Positions 45,134 to 54,537 of a stretch of 64,000 nucleotides of DNA are shown here, in pieces. The stretch is from an uncultured Candidatus Saccharibacteria bacterium (lineage in GTDB: Bacteria > Patescibacteriota > Minisyncoccia > Phycocordibacterales > UBA1006): contig CAZDPR010000001.1 of the NCBI GenBank assembly GCA_964507625.1, positions 81,499-145,498 on the forward strand, written 5' to 3'. The notes below the pieces were generated by a model. That model made no database searches. It saw only the letters and a program-made list of their open reading frames with translations, and had not been told where the DNA came from. The position numbers were made by a program, and so were the translations under genes. Numbering within the stretch: position 1 is the stretch's first letter; each line of letters starts with the position of its first letter.

Positions 45134-45177
45134 ACATTCCCCTGTAGCTCTCTGCCGGCTGGCGGAGGTAGAGCAAA
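45134..45177 (+). repeat. Partial 5' copy of tRNA-Asn (ATTCCCCTGTAGCTC...TAGAGCAAACG) with a substituted D-loop
   Basis: 26 of 44 nt identical to the 5' half of the tRNA at 45440. Confidence 0.6.
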
Positions 45178-45194
45178 CGTTGTATACTTTTGTT

Positions 45195-45449
45195 ATGTTT
45201 TTTGTTTATTGTATTTTTAATAAAAACCATAACAAAATATACATTGGTCAAACAAGTGATATTCATGAACGAATAAAGTTACATAATAATCACGAATTTA
45301 AAAAAGGTTTTACCTCACGTTTTTCTGGCGAATGGAAACTTGTTTACTCAGAATCTTTTCAAACCCGACTAGATGCTTTGAAAAGAGAAAAGCAGCTAAA
45401 AAGTTTTCGTGGGAGAGAGTTTATTAAGAAAAATTATATTCCCCTGTAG
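45195..45449 (+). CDS. Stand-alone GIY-YIG nuclease domain protein
   Basis: KIYIGQTSDIHERIKLHN...REKQLK matches GIY-YIG motifs. The tracked N-terminal extension is just translation of the tRNA fragment. Confidence 0.6.
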   Translation: MFFVYCIFNKNHNKIYIGQTSDIHERIKLHNNHEFKKGFTSRFSGEWKLVYSESFQTRLDALKREKQLKSFRGREFIKKNYIPL

Positions 45450-45511
45450 CTCAGCGGTAGAGCAAACGACTGTTAATCGTAAGGTCGCAGGTTCGAATCC
45501 TGCCGGGGGAG
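45440..45511 (+). tRNA. tRNA-Asn (anticodon GUU), 72 nt, CCA not encoded
   Basis: Cloverleaf folded by hand: acceptor 7 bp, D stem GCTC/GAGC, anticodon loop CUGUUAA, T stem GCAGG/CCTGC, T loop TTCGAAT. Confidence 0.85.
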
Positions 45512-45566
45512 CAATATGCATTTTTAATGTATTTGAACTTATTATGTTTTTAGGTATACTGTATAT

Positions 45567-47663
45567 ATGGATGCATCTCAATTACATACACTCTTTTTAA
45601 TAATTCACTTATTAGGTGTCACCATTGGCGCAGGAGGTGCCTTTTTTTCAGATGGAGTATTTTTTACATCCATAAAAGACCGAAAAATATCAAAAGATGA
45701 ATTCGGTATTATTAAATATGCAAGCCAGATGACATGGGTTGGACTCACTTTATTACTTGTATCAGGAGCAGGACTATTCGGAATGAATACTGAAAGTTTA
45801 TCTAATTCTGTAAAGTTTCTTGTAAAGATGTCTATTGTTGGAGTACTACTCTTGAATGGGATTATTTTCCATATAGTCCACCTACCATTTATTGGGAAAC
45901 ATATTGGAGAATTTTTAGTCAAAAAAAACAAACCAAGTAGTTTTAAAGATGGGCCGTTTTTATTGTTCAGCGGGGTAATTTCTGTGACATCTTGGATTTT
46001 TGCATTAGTTTTAGGAGCGCTTGGATCCATACCTTTTTCTTATCTTGGAGCTATGAGTATATATATAGGAATAATCGCACTGGGAACATTGCTTTGTTAT
46101 CTCATGTTTTCCAAATTCCTTGACCATGATAATAAAAAAACATTAGTAAAAATTACCCTAATAAATATTATTGTGGTATTGATATTTTTTGGTAGTTCAT
46201 TATTAACCACTGGTTTTATTAGTAAAGCTCCCATAGTCGATGAAGCGAAAATAGAAGTTCCTGCAGATTCATATTCAAGAGATGACGTTGCGCTGCATAA
46301 CAATTCAGAGGATTGTTGGCTTATCGTAGACGAATTTGTTTTTAATGTAACAACAGCTTCTAAATTACACCCGGCATTGTTTAATTGTGGTTCCGATGCA
46401 AGTGAAAATTATCACAAGAATCATGGGACAGGTATACGGGATAAAATGATGGCTTTTAAAATAGGAACCTTGAATAATTTAAAAGGAGTTCATAATAGTG
46501 ATATTCCTTTTACAAAAGCCGAAAGTTTAAACCCAAAACCAGAACTATACGCTGTTGCAGGGTCTTGGGATAATAAAAACCTGATTGTTGTTGTAGAAAA
46601 GGATGCAGAAAAATTATTGTTTATAGACGGTACAACTCATGAGTCTATAGGCCGAATTCATGATATTGGATTTCAACCACATACTTCCGTATTTTCTCCT
46701 GATGAAAAGTATATGTATATTATTTCACGAGATGGATGGCTTACAAAGATCAATTTAAATAATCTTGATATTGAAAAAACAATTTCTGTTGGAGAAAATT
46801 CTCGGGGAACAGCACTGACTGAAGATGGTAAATATATTGCTATTGGAAATTACGAGCCCGGAAATGTAGTTATATTAGATGCGTATAGTATGGAGATTTT
46901 AAAAGTAATACCCTTAATTGGCGAGAAGGATGGGAAAAGTGTATCATCTCGGGCGGGAGCACTTGTTGAAAGTGGGCAAAAAATTATTGTTGCCTTAAAA
47001 GATTTAACAAGTGTATGGATTATAGACACCGATCAAGATTTTAAAGTTACGAATAAATTTGGAGGAATTGGAAATAATATTCCTGCTCTGCATGATGGAT
47101 ACTTAACGCCAAAAGGAAAACATTTTATCGTGTCATCTCAAGGATCAAAGACTGTCTGGGTATTGGATACAGAAACAATGAAGCCTATTGCAGAAATTGA
47201 AACAGGAGAAACGCCTCATACAGGACCTGGTGCGACATGGGGAGATACGACATATATTCCAGCTCTAGGCGAAGGACTCATTACCGCTATTGATATGAAT
47301 ACTTGGAAAGTGAAAGCCAAAATAAAAACAGGTGGGCCGGGATTGTTTATTAGAAGCTATTTAAAAGATCCATCATATCCCTATGTTTGGGCTGATACTG
47401 CCTTTGGGGATCATAATGATGAGATTTATGTAATTGATGCTCGAGTAAACAAAATAATAAAAACACTCAAACCTGTCGAAGGTGAAGGTTCTTGGCATCC
47501 AGAATTTACTTATGATGGTAAATTTGTATATATTGTTTCTCAAACTGCAAATGAAATAACTGTATATGATTCGTATACATTTGAAGTAGTAAAAAGAATC
47601 ACTGCAAATACTCCTTCTGCTGTTTCGAATGTAGGACTCAGGATTGAGGAACTTGGCTTGTAA
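45567..47663 (+). CDS. Membrane protein with N-terminal TM bundle, cytochrome b5-like heme-binding domain and C-terminal beta-propeller
   Basis: HNNSEDCWLIV...VT...LHP...CGSDASENY...H matches the cyt b5 fold pattern. Confidence 0.5.
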   Translation: MDASQLHTLFLIIHLLGVTIGAGGAFFSDGVFFTSIKDRKISKDEFGIIKYASQMTWVGLTLLLVSGAGLFGMNTESLSNSVKFLVKMSIVGVLLLNGIIFHIVHLPFIGKHIGEFLVKKNKPSSFKDGPFLLFSGVISVTSWIFALVLGALGSIPFSYLGAMSIYIGIIALGTLLCYLMFSKFLDHDNKKTLVKITLINIIVVLIFFGSSLLTTGFISKAPIVDEAKIEVPADSYSRDDVALHNNSEDCWLIVDEFVFNVTTASKLHPALFNCGSDASENYHKNHGTGIRDKMMAFKIGTLNNLKGVHNSDIPFTKAESLNPKPELYAVAGSWDNKNLIVVVEKDAEKLLFIDGTTHESIGRIHDIGFQPHTSVFSPDEKYMYIISRDGWLTKINLNNLDIEKTISVGENSRGTALTEDGKYIAIGNYEPGNVVILDAYSMEILKVIPLIGEKDGKSVSSRAGALVESGQKIIVALKDLTSVWIIDTDQDFKVTNKFGGIGNNIPALHDGYLTPKGKHFIVSSQGSKTVWVLDTETMKPIAEIETGETPHTGPGATWGDTTYIPALGEGLITAIDMNTWKVKAKIKTGGPGLFIRSYLKDPSYPYVWADTAFGDHNDEIYVIDARVNKIIKTLKPVEGEGSWHPEFTYDGKFVYIVSQTANEITVYDSYTFEVVKRITANTPSAVSNVGLRIEELGL

Positions 47664-47697
47664 CAAAAAACACCTAATTCATAGAGGTGTTTTTTGT
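47662..47697 (+). terminator. Intrinsic terminator AAAAAACACCTAATTCATAGAGGTGTTTTTTG
   Basis: Hairpin plus T-run. Confidence 0.6.
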
Positions 47698-47737
47698 TAC
47701 CGTTGGTAGGTAATCGAACCTGTGATAGAATTTTGGT

Positions 47738-48214
47738 ATGGAAAATAAAAATAATCATATTGTAAGATTAGATAATAATTTGACTGAAAACAAATCAGAA
47801 GGTCCAGTACGAAAATACCTAGAGATAATAAAAGCTTTTGAAAATTTACAATCTACTGAAAATAAGGAAAGAGAAAAGGATTTTCATGCTGTTTTAAGAA
47901 ATAATGAGCAAGCATATAGAATATTTAGAACACACAAACAAGGAAGTAATGATAAGGAAAAAATTGTTACCGATTCCATTAATGATAATGCATATGGTCA
48001 GAACAAGGAGTGTATAATCATGTATACCCTTAAAAAAAATATTAATGGAAACATAGGTGCGATAATCAGCAGTACGAGTGACAATATTGCTCAGGATCTT
48101 CCAGTTTTGGTTAAAAAAATTGAAAGTATTGTTAAACAAAAAGGTACAAAGATTATATTTATACCAGGTAAAACTTTTGAATTTGATGGTAGAGAGTGGA
48201 AAGAAATTACATAA
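47738..48214 (+). CDS. Hypothetical protein
   Basis: ORF track. Confidence 0.35.
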   Translation: MENKNNHIVRLDNNLTENKSEGPVRKYLEIIKAFENLQSTENKEREKDFHAVLRNNEQAYRIFRTHKQGSNDKEKIVTDSINDNAYGQNKECIIMYTLKKNINGNIGAIISSTSDNIAQDLPVLVKKIESIVKQKGTKIIFIPGKTFEFDGREWKEIT

Positions 48215-48483
48215 AGTAAAGGTGTTATATTGAATTGGAAATGTAAGTATTAGGACGAGGTAATTAATACTGAAATATCACCATTCTAACATAGTCTCAG
48301 GTTCGAAGTGTAACTGATAGTCTGAATATTGTAAACCAAAGTAAAGTGTTATTTGGTTTATATTTTTGGTATAATCAAAAAATGAAAACTCTCATTATTA
48401 ATAATTATTTATAACAATATTTTTTTATTTACAAGTAGTAGTCTATGACACAAAAAAACACCTTTCGGTGCTAATAAAAAATT

Positions 48484-48690
48484 TTAAGAAAACTGATCAT
48501 GTTCATCGCCTACTTCACGTTTAGATTGAGTAGGATGATTAATTAACTTACTCATCCTTGAAAGAATTTCAGCTTTAATTTGTTCAGTGTCAAAGGGGCT
48601 TTTTCCATCACTGAGTTCAATTGATCTCTGGAAAAACTTAAGCAAGTCTTCATCGCTGGTAAGTTTTAATTCTTCTGTTTTCATGCACAT
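48484..48690 (-). CDS. Hypothetical small protein
   Basis: ORF track. Terminator-like hairpin downstream on the minus strand. Confidence 0.3.
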   Translation of the reverse strand: MCMKTEELKLTSDEDLLKFFQRSIELSDGKSPFDTEQIKAEILSRMSKLINHPTQSKREVGDEHDQFS

Positions 48691-48945
48691 GTATTAAGAT
48701 TTTATTATATTTTAGCATACTAAAGTATTAATATTTGTCAAATGCCTACATGTTAATATTGAATTATAATTAATTACCATAGTTACCTTATATTGGCATA
48801 CATCTCATTAACCTCCGTATTTCCAATGAACAAGTTTTAAGTGTGATTAATAGTTGGAGTTGTATAAAAAGATATTCTTACACAAGGTCTTTTTATACGA
48901 CTCAAGCAAGGTTCAGAATTTTTTTAAATCTGATATACTATTTAT

Positions 48946-49401
48946 ATGAATACATTACATTTTTCAATTACTATTCATGCATCCAAAGAAAAAGTATGGC
49001 ATACCATGCTTGATGATGCTACATACCGAGAGTGGACGAAACCTTTTAATGAAGGTTCACGCTATGAAGGTGTATGGGAAACAGGATCAGAGATGAAATT
49101 TATTGGTTGTGACGAAAACGGAAAACAATCTGGTGGTATGTACAGCAGAATTGCAGAAGTTCGACCATATGCTTTTGTCTCTATTGAGCACCTTGGAATG
49201 ATTAATGAAAATGGTGAAATAGACACTACGAGTGAATCTGTAAAAAAATGGACACCTGCTTTTGAAAACTATACTTTTAAAGATGTAGATAGTGGAACTG
49301 AAGTATTGGTAGATATAGATATTTCTGACGAATGGAAAGATATGTTTAATGATATGTGGCCAAAAGCTTTGGCTAAATTGAAAGAAATTGCTGAGGAATA
49401 A
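48946..49401 (+). CDS. SRPBCC (START/AHSA1-like) domain protein
   Basis: N-terminal pattern typical of AHSA1/SRPBCC. Confidence 0.55.
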   Translation: MNTLHFSITIHASKEKVWHTMLDDATYREWTKPFNEGSRYEGVWETGSEMKFIGCDENGKQSGGMYSRIAEVRPYAFVSIEHLGMINENGEIDTTSESVKKWTPAFENYTFKDVDSGTEVLVDIDISDEWKDMFNDMWPKALAKLKEIAEE

Positions 49402-49660
49402 TATAGTAGATTCAGATTATTTATATGTGTTCAGGACGCGTCGATATGCTATACTAAAAGAATTATAAACTACCTTACTCTGTAACGAACTGAAAGTTCC
49501 GGTCTCGAGACGGGGAGCAAATTTGACAAAAAATAAAAGAACTGTATTATATTGAACAATACAGTTCTTTTATCCTTTGAGTTGTTATTGTATATTGCTC
49601 TGTAAACGTCATTTATTGGTTTTTATTGAGCAGTATTGCAAAACAATTAAATGTACAAAA

Positions 49661-50596
49661 ATGAAAAACTATCTAGACCTCTTCCAGCTCTTAAAAACCA
49701 ATGAAGATCAGTTTAAAGCTGCAGTTGAGTTAATTCCTGCCGAGAAGTTTGATTTTGAAGAACTTCTTAATTATTTTAATCACGGAGACAGTTATATTCA
49801 ACACGGATCCATTTGTATTTTATTAAAATATTTTTCTGAAAAACTTGATTACCAAACCTTATTGAAAGCAAATAACATCCTTTTTCTGGACGAGGGCGCA
49901 TTAAAAAAGACTCAAGATCTTTTAAGTAAAATTCCTGTTGAAAAGTTGAGCTATAAAACCTTGCTTGTTTTCACTAAGAGTAACAGTAAGAGTGTTCAAC
50001 AACCAGCAAAGTTACTTATCTTGAAACATTTTCCAGAAAAAATAACTTTTGACGACATGGTTCCATGGCTTAGAAAAAATAATATTGATGATTCGGTTGA
50101 CCGTGAGATTATGAATCAGGTGCGATTACTTATTCTAGAGTATTTTCCAAAAAAAGTTGACCAGCAAACACTTATTGAGTATCTTGGTTGTTCTGATAAT
50201 AAGGTTTATGAGAAAGTGTTTGCTTTACTTGAAAAGATTCCTTCCGAAGAACTTTGTCTTGAAGAAATACTTAAAAGTATTAACTTTAATTCACTGTCTA
50301 AAGATAATCAGGATAGGGTAAGTAATTTTCTGCATAGAATTCCTATTGAAAAGTTTGATCAAAAAAGAATCTTAAGTGGAAATATTTTTTTTCAGCCAGG
50401 TCAAAAAAAATTACAATTTCTAATCTTGAACATGATTCCTGTTGAGAGTCTTGATAAGGCAGAGATTGAGGAATATTTAAGAAGTCTTAGTTATAAAGAC
50501 TATGATAAAGACCGAAGAGAGTATATTGAAAACCTCCTCAACAAAATTAAAAAACATCCAACCAAGGAAACTTTAGAGATAGTTTCAAGGTTTTAA
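49661..50596 (+). CDS. Hypothetical alpha-helical repeat protein
   Basis: Recurrent ~40-aa units with an (I/L)P.EK(F/L) motif. Confidence 0.4.
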   Translation: MKNYLDLFQLLKTNEDQFKAAVELIPAEKFDFEELLNYFNHGDSYIQHGSICILLKYFSEKLDYQTLLKANNILFLDEGALKKTQDLLSKIPVEKLSYKTLLVFTKSNSKSVQQPAKLLILKHFPEKITFDDMVPWLRKNNIDDSVDREIMNQVRLLILEYFPKKVDQQTLIEYLGCSDNKVYEKVFALLEKIPSEELCLEEILKSINFNSLSKDNQDRVSNFLHRIPIEKFDQKRILSGNIFFQPGQKKLQFLILNMIPVESLDKAEIEEYLRSLSYKDYDKDRREYIENLLNKIKKHPTKETLEIVSRF

Positions 50597-50794
50597 ACCA
50601 AAACCAGTTCTTCATGTTTATGAACGAGCTGGTTTTTTATTTTACGTACTATTTAATTAGTGAAACTACTTCAAAAATCTGAGAAACTTCCAATTCTCTT
50701 TTAATTTGAAGCCAATTGAGAGTTCTGAACCTATACGAGGGAGCAACTTGACTTTTAATATATTTCATTATTTTATGTTTTAAAATCAAAAAAA

Positions 50795-51016
50795 ATGAAG
50801 GAATCAGATTCAAGATCCCAATTGCATACCTTGGTTGGGAATGAAATGAGGTTAAGAAAACGTGTTGATATGTATGGAGGAAAAGTTCCTCACCATGTCG
50901 AAGAGCACGAAAAAGCAAAGAAAGAACTTGAACAGTTTTTGAAAGACAATCCATCAATGGTGGAACACGTGGAAACTGTCGAGGATCACTTCTTAAAGAA
51001 GTTGTATTCGCAATAA
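50795..51016 (+). CDS. Hypothetical small protein (73 aa)
   Basis: ORF track. Intrinsic terminator immediately downstream favours this strand over the overlapping minus-strand ORF. Confidence 0.35.
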   Translation: MKESDSRSQLHTLVGNEMRLRKRVDMYGGKVPHHVEEHEKAKKELEQFLKDNPSMVEHVETVEDHFLKKLYSQ

Positions 51017-51052
51017 TTCGATTGCAAAAAACCGTCATCTGTGACGGTTTTT

Positions 51053-51481
51053 TTATTTACATAATTCCATAACACAAATTTTATATCCAAACATCGGTGC
51101 AAGGAAAAGATTAAACAATTTTTGTCGTAGCTGTATTATGGTAGGTGATTTTTCAGTAGTGCGGAAATTACATTTTTCATACAATGGTACTAGGTTAGGA
51201 TGGCAGAGGAGAAAGCAAGAATCGATGTTGTTCGTAATTTCTTTGATTAATGTTTCCGCGTATCCATGACCGCGGAATTCTGGATATACAAACACAGTTC
51301 CAAGTTCGATAGTATTGTTAAATTTTTTAATACTTGCAAAACCGACAATATGATTATTATTTTTTATTACATATACAACACTGTTCATAAGAATTACGAG
51401 AGGGTCGAGTGTCGGAGTGTTTTTAATAATGGTGGGAATAATTGATGGTTCTGACCATATAGTTGTTTTTAAGAGTTTCAT
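51053..51481 (-). CDS. GNAT-family N-acetyltransferase
   Basis: VFVYPEFRGHGYAETLI acetyl-CoA binding motif. Confidence 0.7.
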   Translation of the reverse strand: MKLLKTTIWSEPSIIPTIIKNTPTLDPLVILMNSVVYVIKNNNHIVGFASIKKFNNTIELGTVFVYPEFRGHGYAETLIKEITNNIDSCFLLCHPNLVPLYEKCNFRTTEKSPTIIQLRQKLFNLFLAPMFGYKICVMELCK

Positions 51482-51522
51482 GTGTAGTCTTAGTATAATT
51501 CTTTTTCAAAAAAAGTCCCGCT

Positions 51523-52113
51523 TTATGCGGGACGATATATGGTTTTATAAATAACAGCAGGTGCAATAATTGCAAAGGTAATGATAACTATTCTTGCAAT
51601 TGCAATATGATTCTCAATGGTAAAAAATATCTTTCCGAGAGTCATAAAATTTACCGCAAATGTTACTGCACTATAGAAACCAAAAAGGCCATAGGTCAAT
51701 ATTCTCTCTATTCTAGTGAATGTGTTTTGTTTCAAGAATAATATAAAACCAGTAATAAGCGCACTTTCAAAAGCAATAACTGGTAGAGTATAAAATGATA
51801 CTCGATGCCAAAATGATAAAGGAAGATCTATTGCGTAACTAAAATACTCTTCATTACCAAAGAAAACGCTTGCACTTATTAAAAATAATCCAACAATTAA
51901 TTTCACCAAAAACAAATCCGATACAGGTTTTCCTATCACCATAATGATAGTAGTAACACAAACAACCAATAATAATAAAATCATAATGATTACTTGTAAA
52001 TGGCTGATTAATGAAATGTTGGTGAAAAATTCAGGTGTTGTAAAAAAAGCTGTAATGACTAAACCAATAATAATGGTTCCGATTATTTTAAAGTTGTTCA
52101 TTATTTTTTTCAT
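51523..52113 (-). CDS. Hypothetical polytopic membrane protein
   Basis: ORF track. About 6 TM segments. Confidence 0.4.
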   Translation of the reverse strand: MKKIMNNFKIIGTIIIGLVITAFFTTPEFFTNISLISHLQVIIMILLLLVVCVTTIIMVIGKPVSDLFLVKLIVGLFLISASVFFGNEEYFSYAIDLPLSFWHRVSFYTLPVIAFESALITGFILFLKQNTFTRIERILTYGLFGFYSAVTFAVNFMTLGKIFFTIENHIAIARIVIITFAIIAPAVIYKTIYRPA

Positions 52114-52181
52114 TTTATATACGATATCATAAATAAAAAAAATAACTAGTAGTTAAAAAACTTTTTTGGTATACTCAATAT

Positions 52182-52925
52182 ATGAAACTTCGCCATTCAC
52201 CAATTAAAATTTTTTTACTCATACTGGTTATTGTAGTTATTATTGTCGGTGGTAGTGTTTTTCTCAATAAACGAAAGCAGTCATTCATTGTAGTTTCTGA
52301 AAAACCATATCAAGAAAGAATTACAGTAACGCTTCCTGATCCAGAAACAAAACTAATTGTTAAACAAGAAAAGACATACGAATATCGTATTGAATATCCA
52401 TTTTTTAATAATATTGTTGTTGACAGTGAAATTCAAAATTATATAGATACGGCGCATACGAATTTTGAAACAGATTTACAACAAGCTTATGTTCCTGAAT
52501 TATTAAGCGAATTTATTCCTATTGCAGAAATAGATTATCAGGTGAAACGGTCAGGGACTATCACTACAATTGTTTTTAATGGATATCAATACACAGGAGG
52601 GGCTCACCCAAATTCTTTCGTACATACGATGACTTTTCAGGGAGAGCAAAAAATTCTTTTAGATTCATTGTTTACGGTGTCACAATCGGAATATTTGATT
52701 CGGTTACAAGCAATCGCAACACTAGCTTTGGAGCAAAAATTAGGTAAAGAATCTTTGTTTTATGAAGGTCTTGAACCGAGAATTGAAAATTATCAACACT
52801 GGTATGTAATTGATAATGCATTGGTAATATTATTTTCACCTTATCAGGTAGGTCCTTATGCGATTGGTATGCCAGAGGTTACGATTCCATTTGCTCAGAT
52901 CCAAGATATTATCAAGGGACAATAA
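52182..52925 (+). CDS. Secreted DUF3298/DUF4163 (RsiV-like) domain protein
   Basis: N-terminal TM/signal segment. Weak family resemblance. Confidence 0.4.
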   Translation: MKLRHSPIKIFLLILVIVVIIVGGSVFLNKRKQSFIVVSEKPYQERITVTLPDPETKLIVKQEKTYEYRIEYPFFNNIVVDSEIQNYIDTAHTNFETDLQQAYVPELLSEFIPIAEIDYQVKRSGTITTIVFNGYQYTGGAHPNSFVHTMTFQGEQKILLDSLFTVSQSEYLIRLQAIATLALEQKLGKESLFYEGLEPRIENYQHWYVIDNALVILFSPYQVGPYAIGMPEVTIPFAQIQDIIKGQ

Positions 52926-52947
52926 AAACACTCAGTAAAGGGTGTTT

Positions 52948-53181
52948 TTATTCTAAAATTTCAATTATTTTTCCTTGTGCGTGATGTCCATGAATTATAC
53001 GAATTTTTGCAATAGGAACCCTATAGAATTCCGCGACTATGCGCGTGATTGCTTTATTTGCACGGTTATCTCGTGCTGGTTCTCGAGTAAAAATTCGCAA
53101 TTTCCCAGGAGAAATTTCCTCAATAAATTCTTTTTTGGCATTAGGGAATACTTTTAGTGAAATGTGTCGAAAAGGGTTCAT
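52948..53181 (-). CDS. DUF167/YggU-family small protein
   Basis: Size and conserved R..A.DN.AN pattern. Confidence 0.5.
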   Translation of the reverse strand: MNPFRHISLKVFPNAKKEFIEEISPGKLRIFTREPARDNRANKAITRIVAEFYRVPIAKIRIIHGHHAQGKIIEILE

Positions 53182-53284
53182 AAGAGGGTGTTTTTAAGAG
53201 GCGTTACTAAAACTGTGGATTCTAAAATATCCTTATTTTATAAGGTTATTTTTTGTTCATTCATCATTTTACCACAAAAAATGC

Positions 53285-54055
53285 TTGACAGCAAGACCAT
53301 ACTATGCTACCATATGGGTGTACCCAATTTTCGGGTTTTTTATTATCAAGGTTATCTTGGTGATAAGCAAAATATTCAAGACAAGGAGTTTGACGGAGCA
53401 CATACCGTCGATTATGCCCAAAAATATATTTGATATTTATTTCGCATCCAAAGCAATTACTAGTAATATTCATGTATTTATTCACTCTTTCTGGAGATCT
53501 ACAACCGCTTTCACTCTTGTGATCGCGCTTGTGATCACCACGCTTTGGGCGCATACTTCTCAAGCAGAAGCTCCATTTCTTGGAACCGATGAAGTAGTCG
53601 CAGAAAAAATCGTTGACGGTTTAACGACTACAGAACGGGCCCAGAAAATTGACGCCTTCTATATCGCAAAAGGAGATTTACCCCTTGCTGGTTACGGTCT
53701 TGCCATGGTGCAGGCTGCTGACGAGTATGGAGTCGACTGGCGATTAGTTGCTGCTATTGGATTCATTGAATCTACTGGTGGTAAATTTGCATGTAAAGGT
53801 GCAAGTTATAGTGCGTTCGGTTGGGGGTCATGTAAAATTAACTTTTCAAGTTATGAGGAATCAATTGATGTGATTACGAAAAACTTGGGAGGACATAACC
53901 CAAACACTGCGCGGTATTATAAAGACAAGACGCTTGGTCAAATTATTGATACATACAACCCTCCATATATTCGTCCAAACTACAAAAAATTAGTAACGAA
54001 AACAATGGATCAGATTGCAACGATTGATGCACCAACGATTCTTGCTAAAAAATAA
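53285..54055 (+). CDS. Secreted lysozyme-like (SLT/glucosaminidase-type) domain protein. The true start is probably internal
   Basis: FIESTGG Glu-Ser motif after a TM/signal segment. Confidence 0.35.
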   Translation: MTARPYYATIWVYPIFGFFIIKVILVISKIFKTRSLTEHIPSIMPKNIFDIYFASKAITSNIHVFIHSFWRSTTAFTLVIALVITTLWAHTSQAEAPFLGTDEVVAEKIVDGLTTTERAQKIDAFYIAKGDLPLAGYGLAMVQAADEYGVDWRLVAAIGFIESTGGKFACKGASYSAFGWGSCKINFSSYEESIDVITKNLGGHNPNTARYYKDKTLGQIIDTYNPPYIRPNYKKLVTKTMDQIATIDAPTILAKK

Positions 54056-54083
54056 CAAAAAACACCTCCGGGTGTTTTTTGTT
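54056..54083 (+). terminator. Intrinsic terminator AAAAAACACCTCCGGGTGTTTTTTG, followed by a second hairpin at 54087-54110
   Basis: Hairpin plus T-run. Confidence 0.6.
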
Positions 54084-54123
54084 ATAAAAAATCGCGACAA
54101 TTGTCGCGATTATAAACCAATTC

Positions 54124-54507
54124 TTATTTCTTTACCCAGCGACCTGCTGGCCAGTCAACTCGATCATCTTCTTCCCATTTATATTCTGGGTTATTCATTA
54201 ATTCTTGGAGAGAGGTTGTTTTTTTTAAACTATTCTCTACCTCTTTGTTTTTTATATTAATAAAAGACAACCAATCTCCAATGGAAATGTTGACTGGACG
54301 GTATTCTTTTATAATATTTATCCAAACATTTTGAAACTTCTCTCCAATAGGTTTACTGTTTTTGAGCTTGGAATATTTTTTTCTGATTTCCTCCAGTTTT
54401 TTTTTCCATTCTGGGACGTGTTGTTCCATGGCTTGCACCCAAGCCTCTCGTTCTAAATCTTCAGTTTTCATGGTTTTCGATTTTTTTGATAATACCTTTT
54501 CTATCAA
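54124..54507 (-). CDS. Hypothetical protein
   Basis: ORF track. Confidence 0.35.
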   Translation of the reverse strand: MIEKVLSKKSKTMKTEDLEREAWVQAMEQHVPEWKKKLEEIRKKYSKLKNSKPIGEKFQNVWINIIKEYRPVNISIGDWLSFINIKNKEVENSLKKTTSLQELMNNPEYKWEEDDRVDWPAGRWVKK

Positions 54508-54537
54508 TAATAGTCAAATAGTCACCTTTCCCAAAAT

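Noticed and set aside
50649-51038. Minus-strand 129-aa ORF
   Set aside because: Overlaps a + strand 73-aa ORF that is followed by a canonical intrinsic terminator. The minus ORF has no terminator and odd composition. The + strand ORF was preferred at low confidence.
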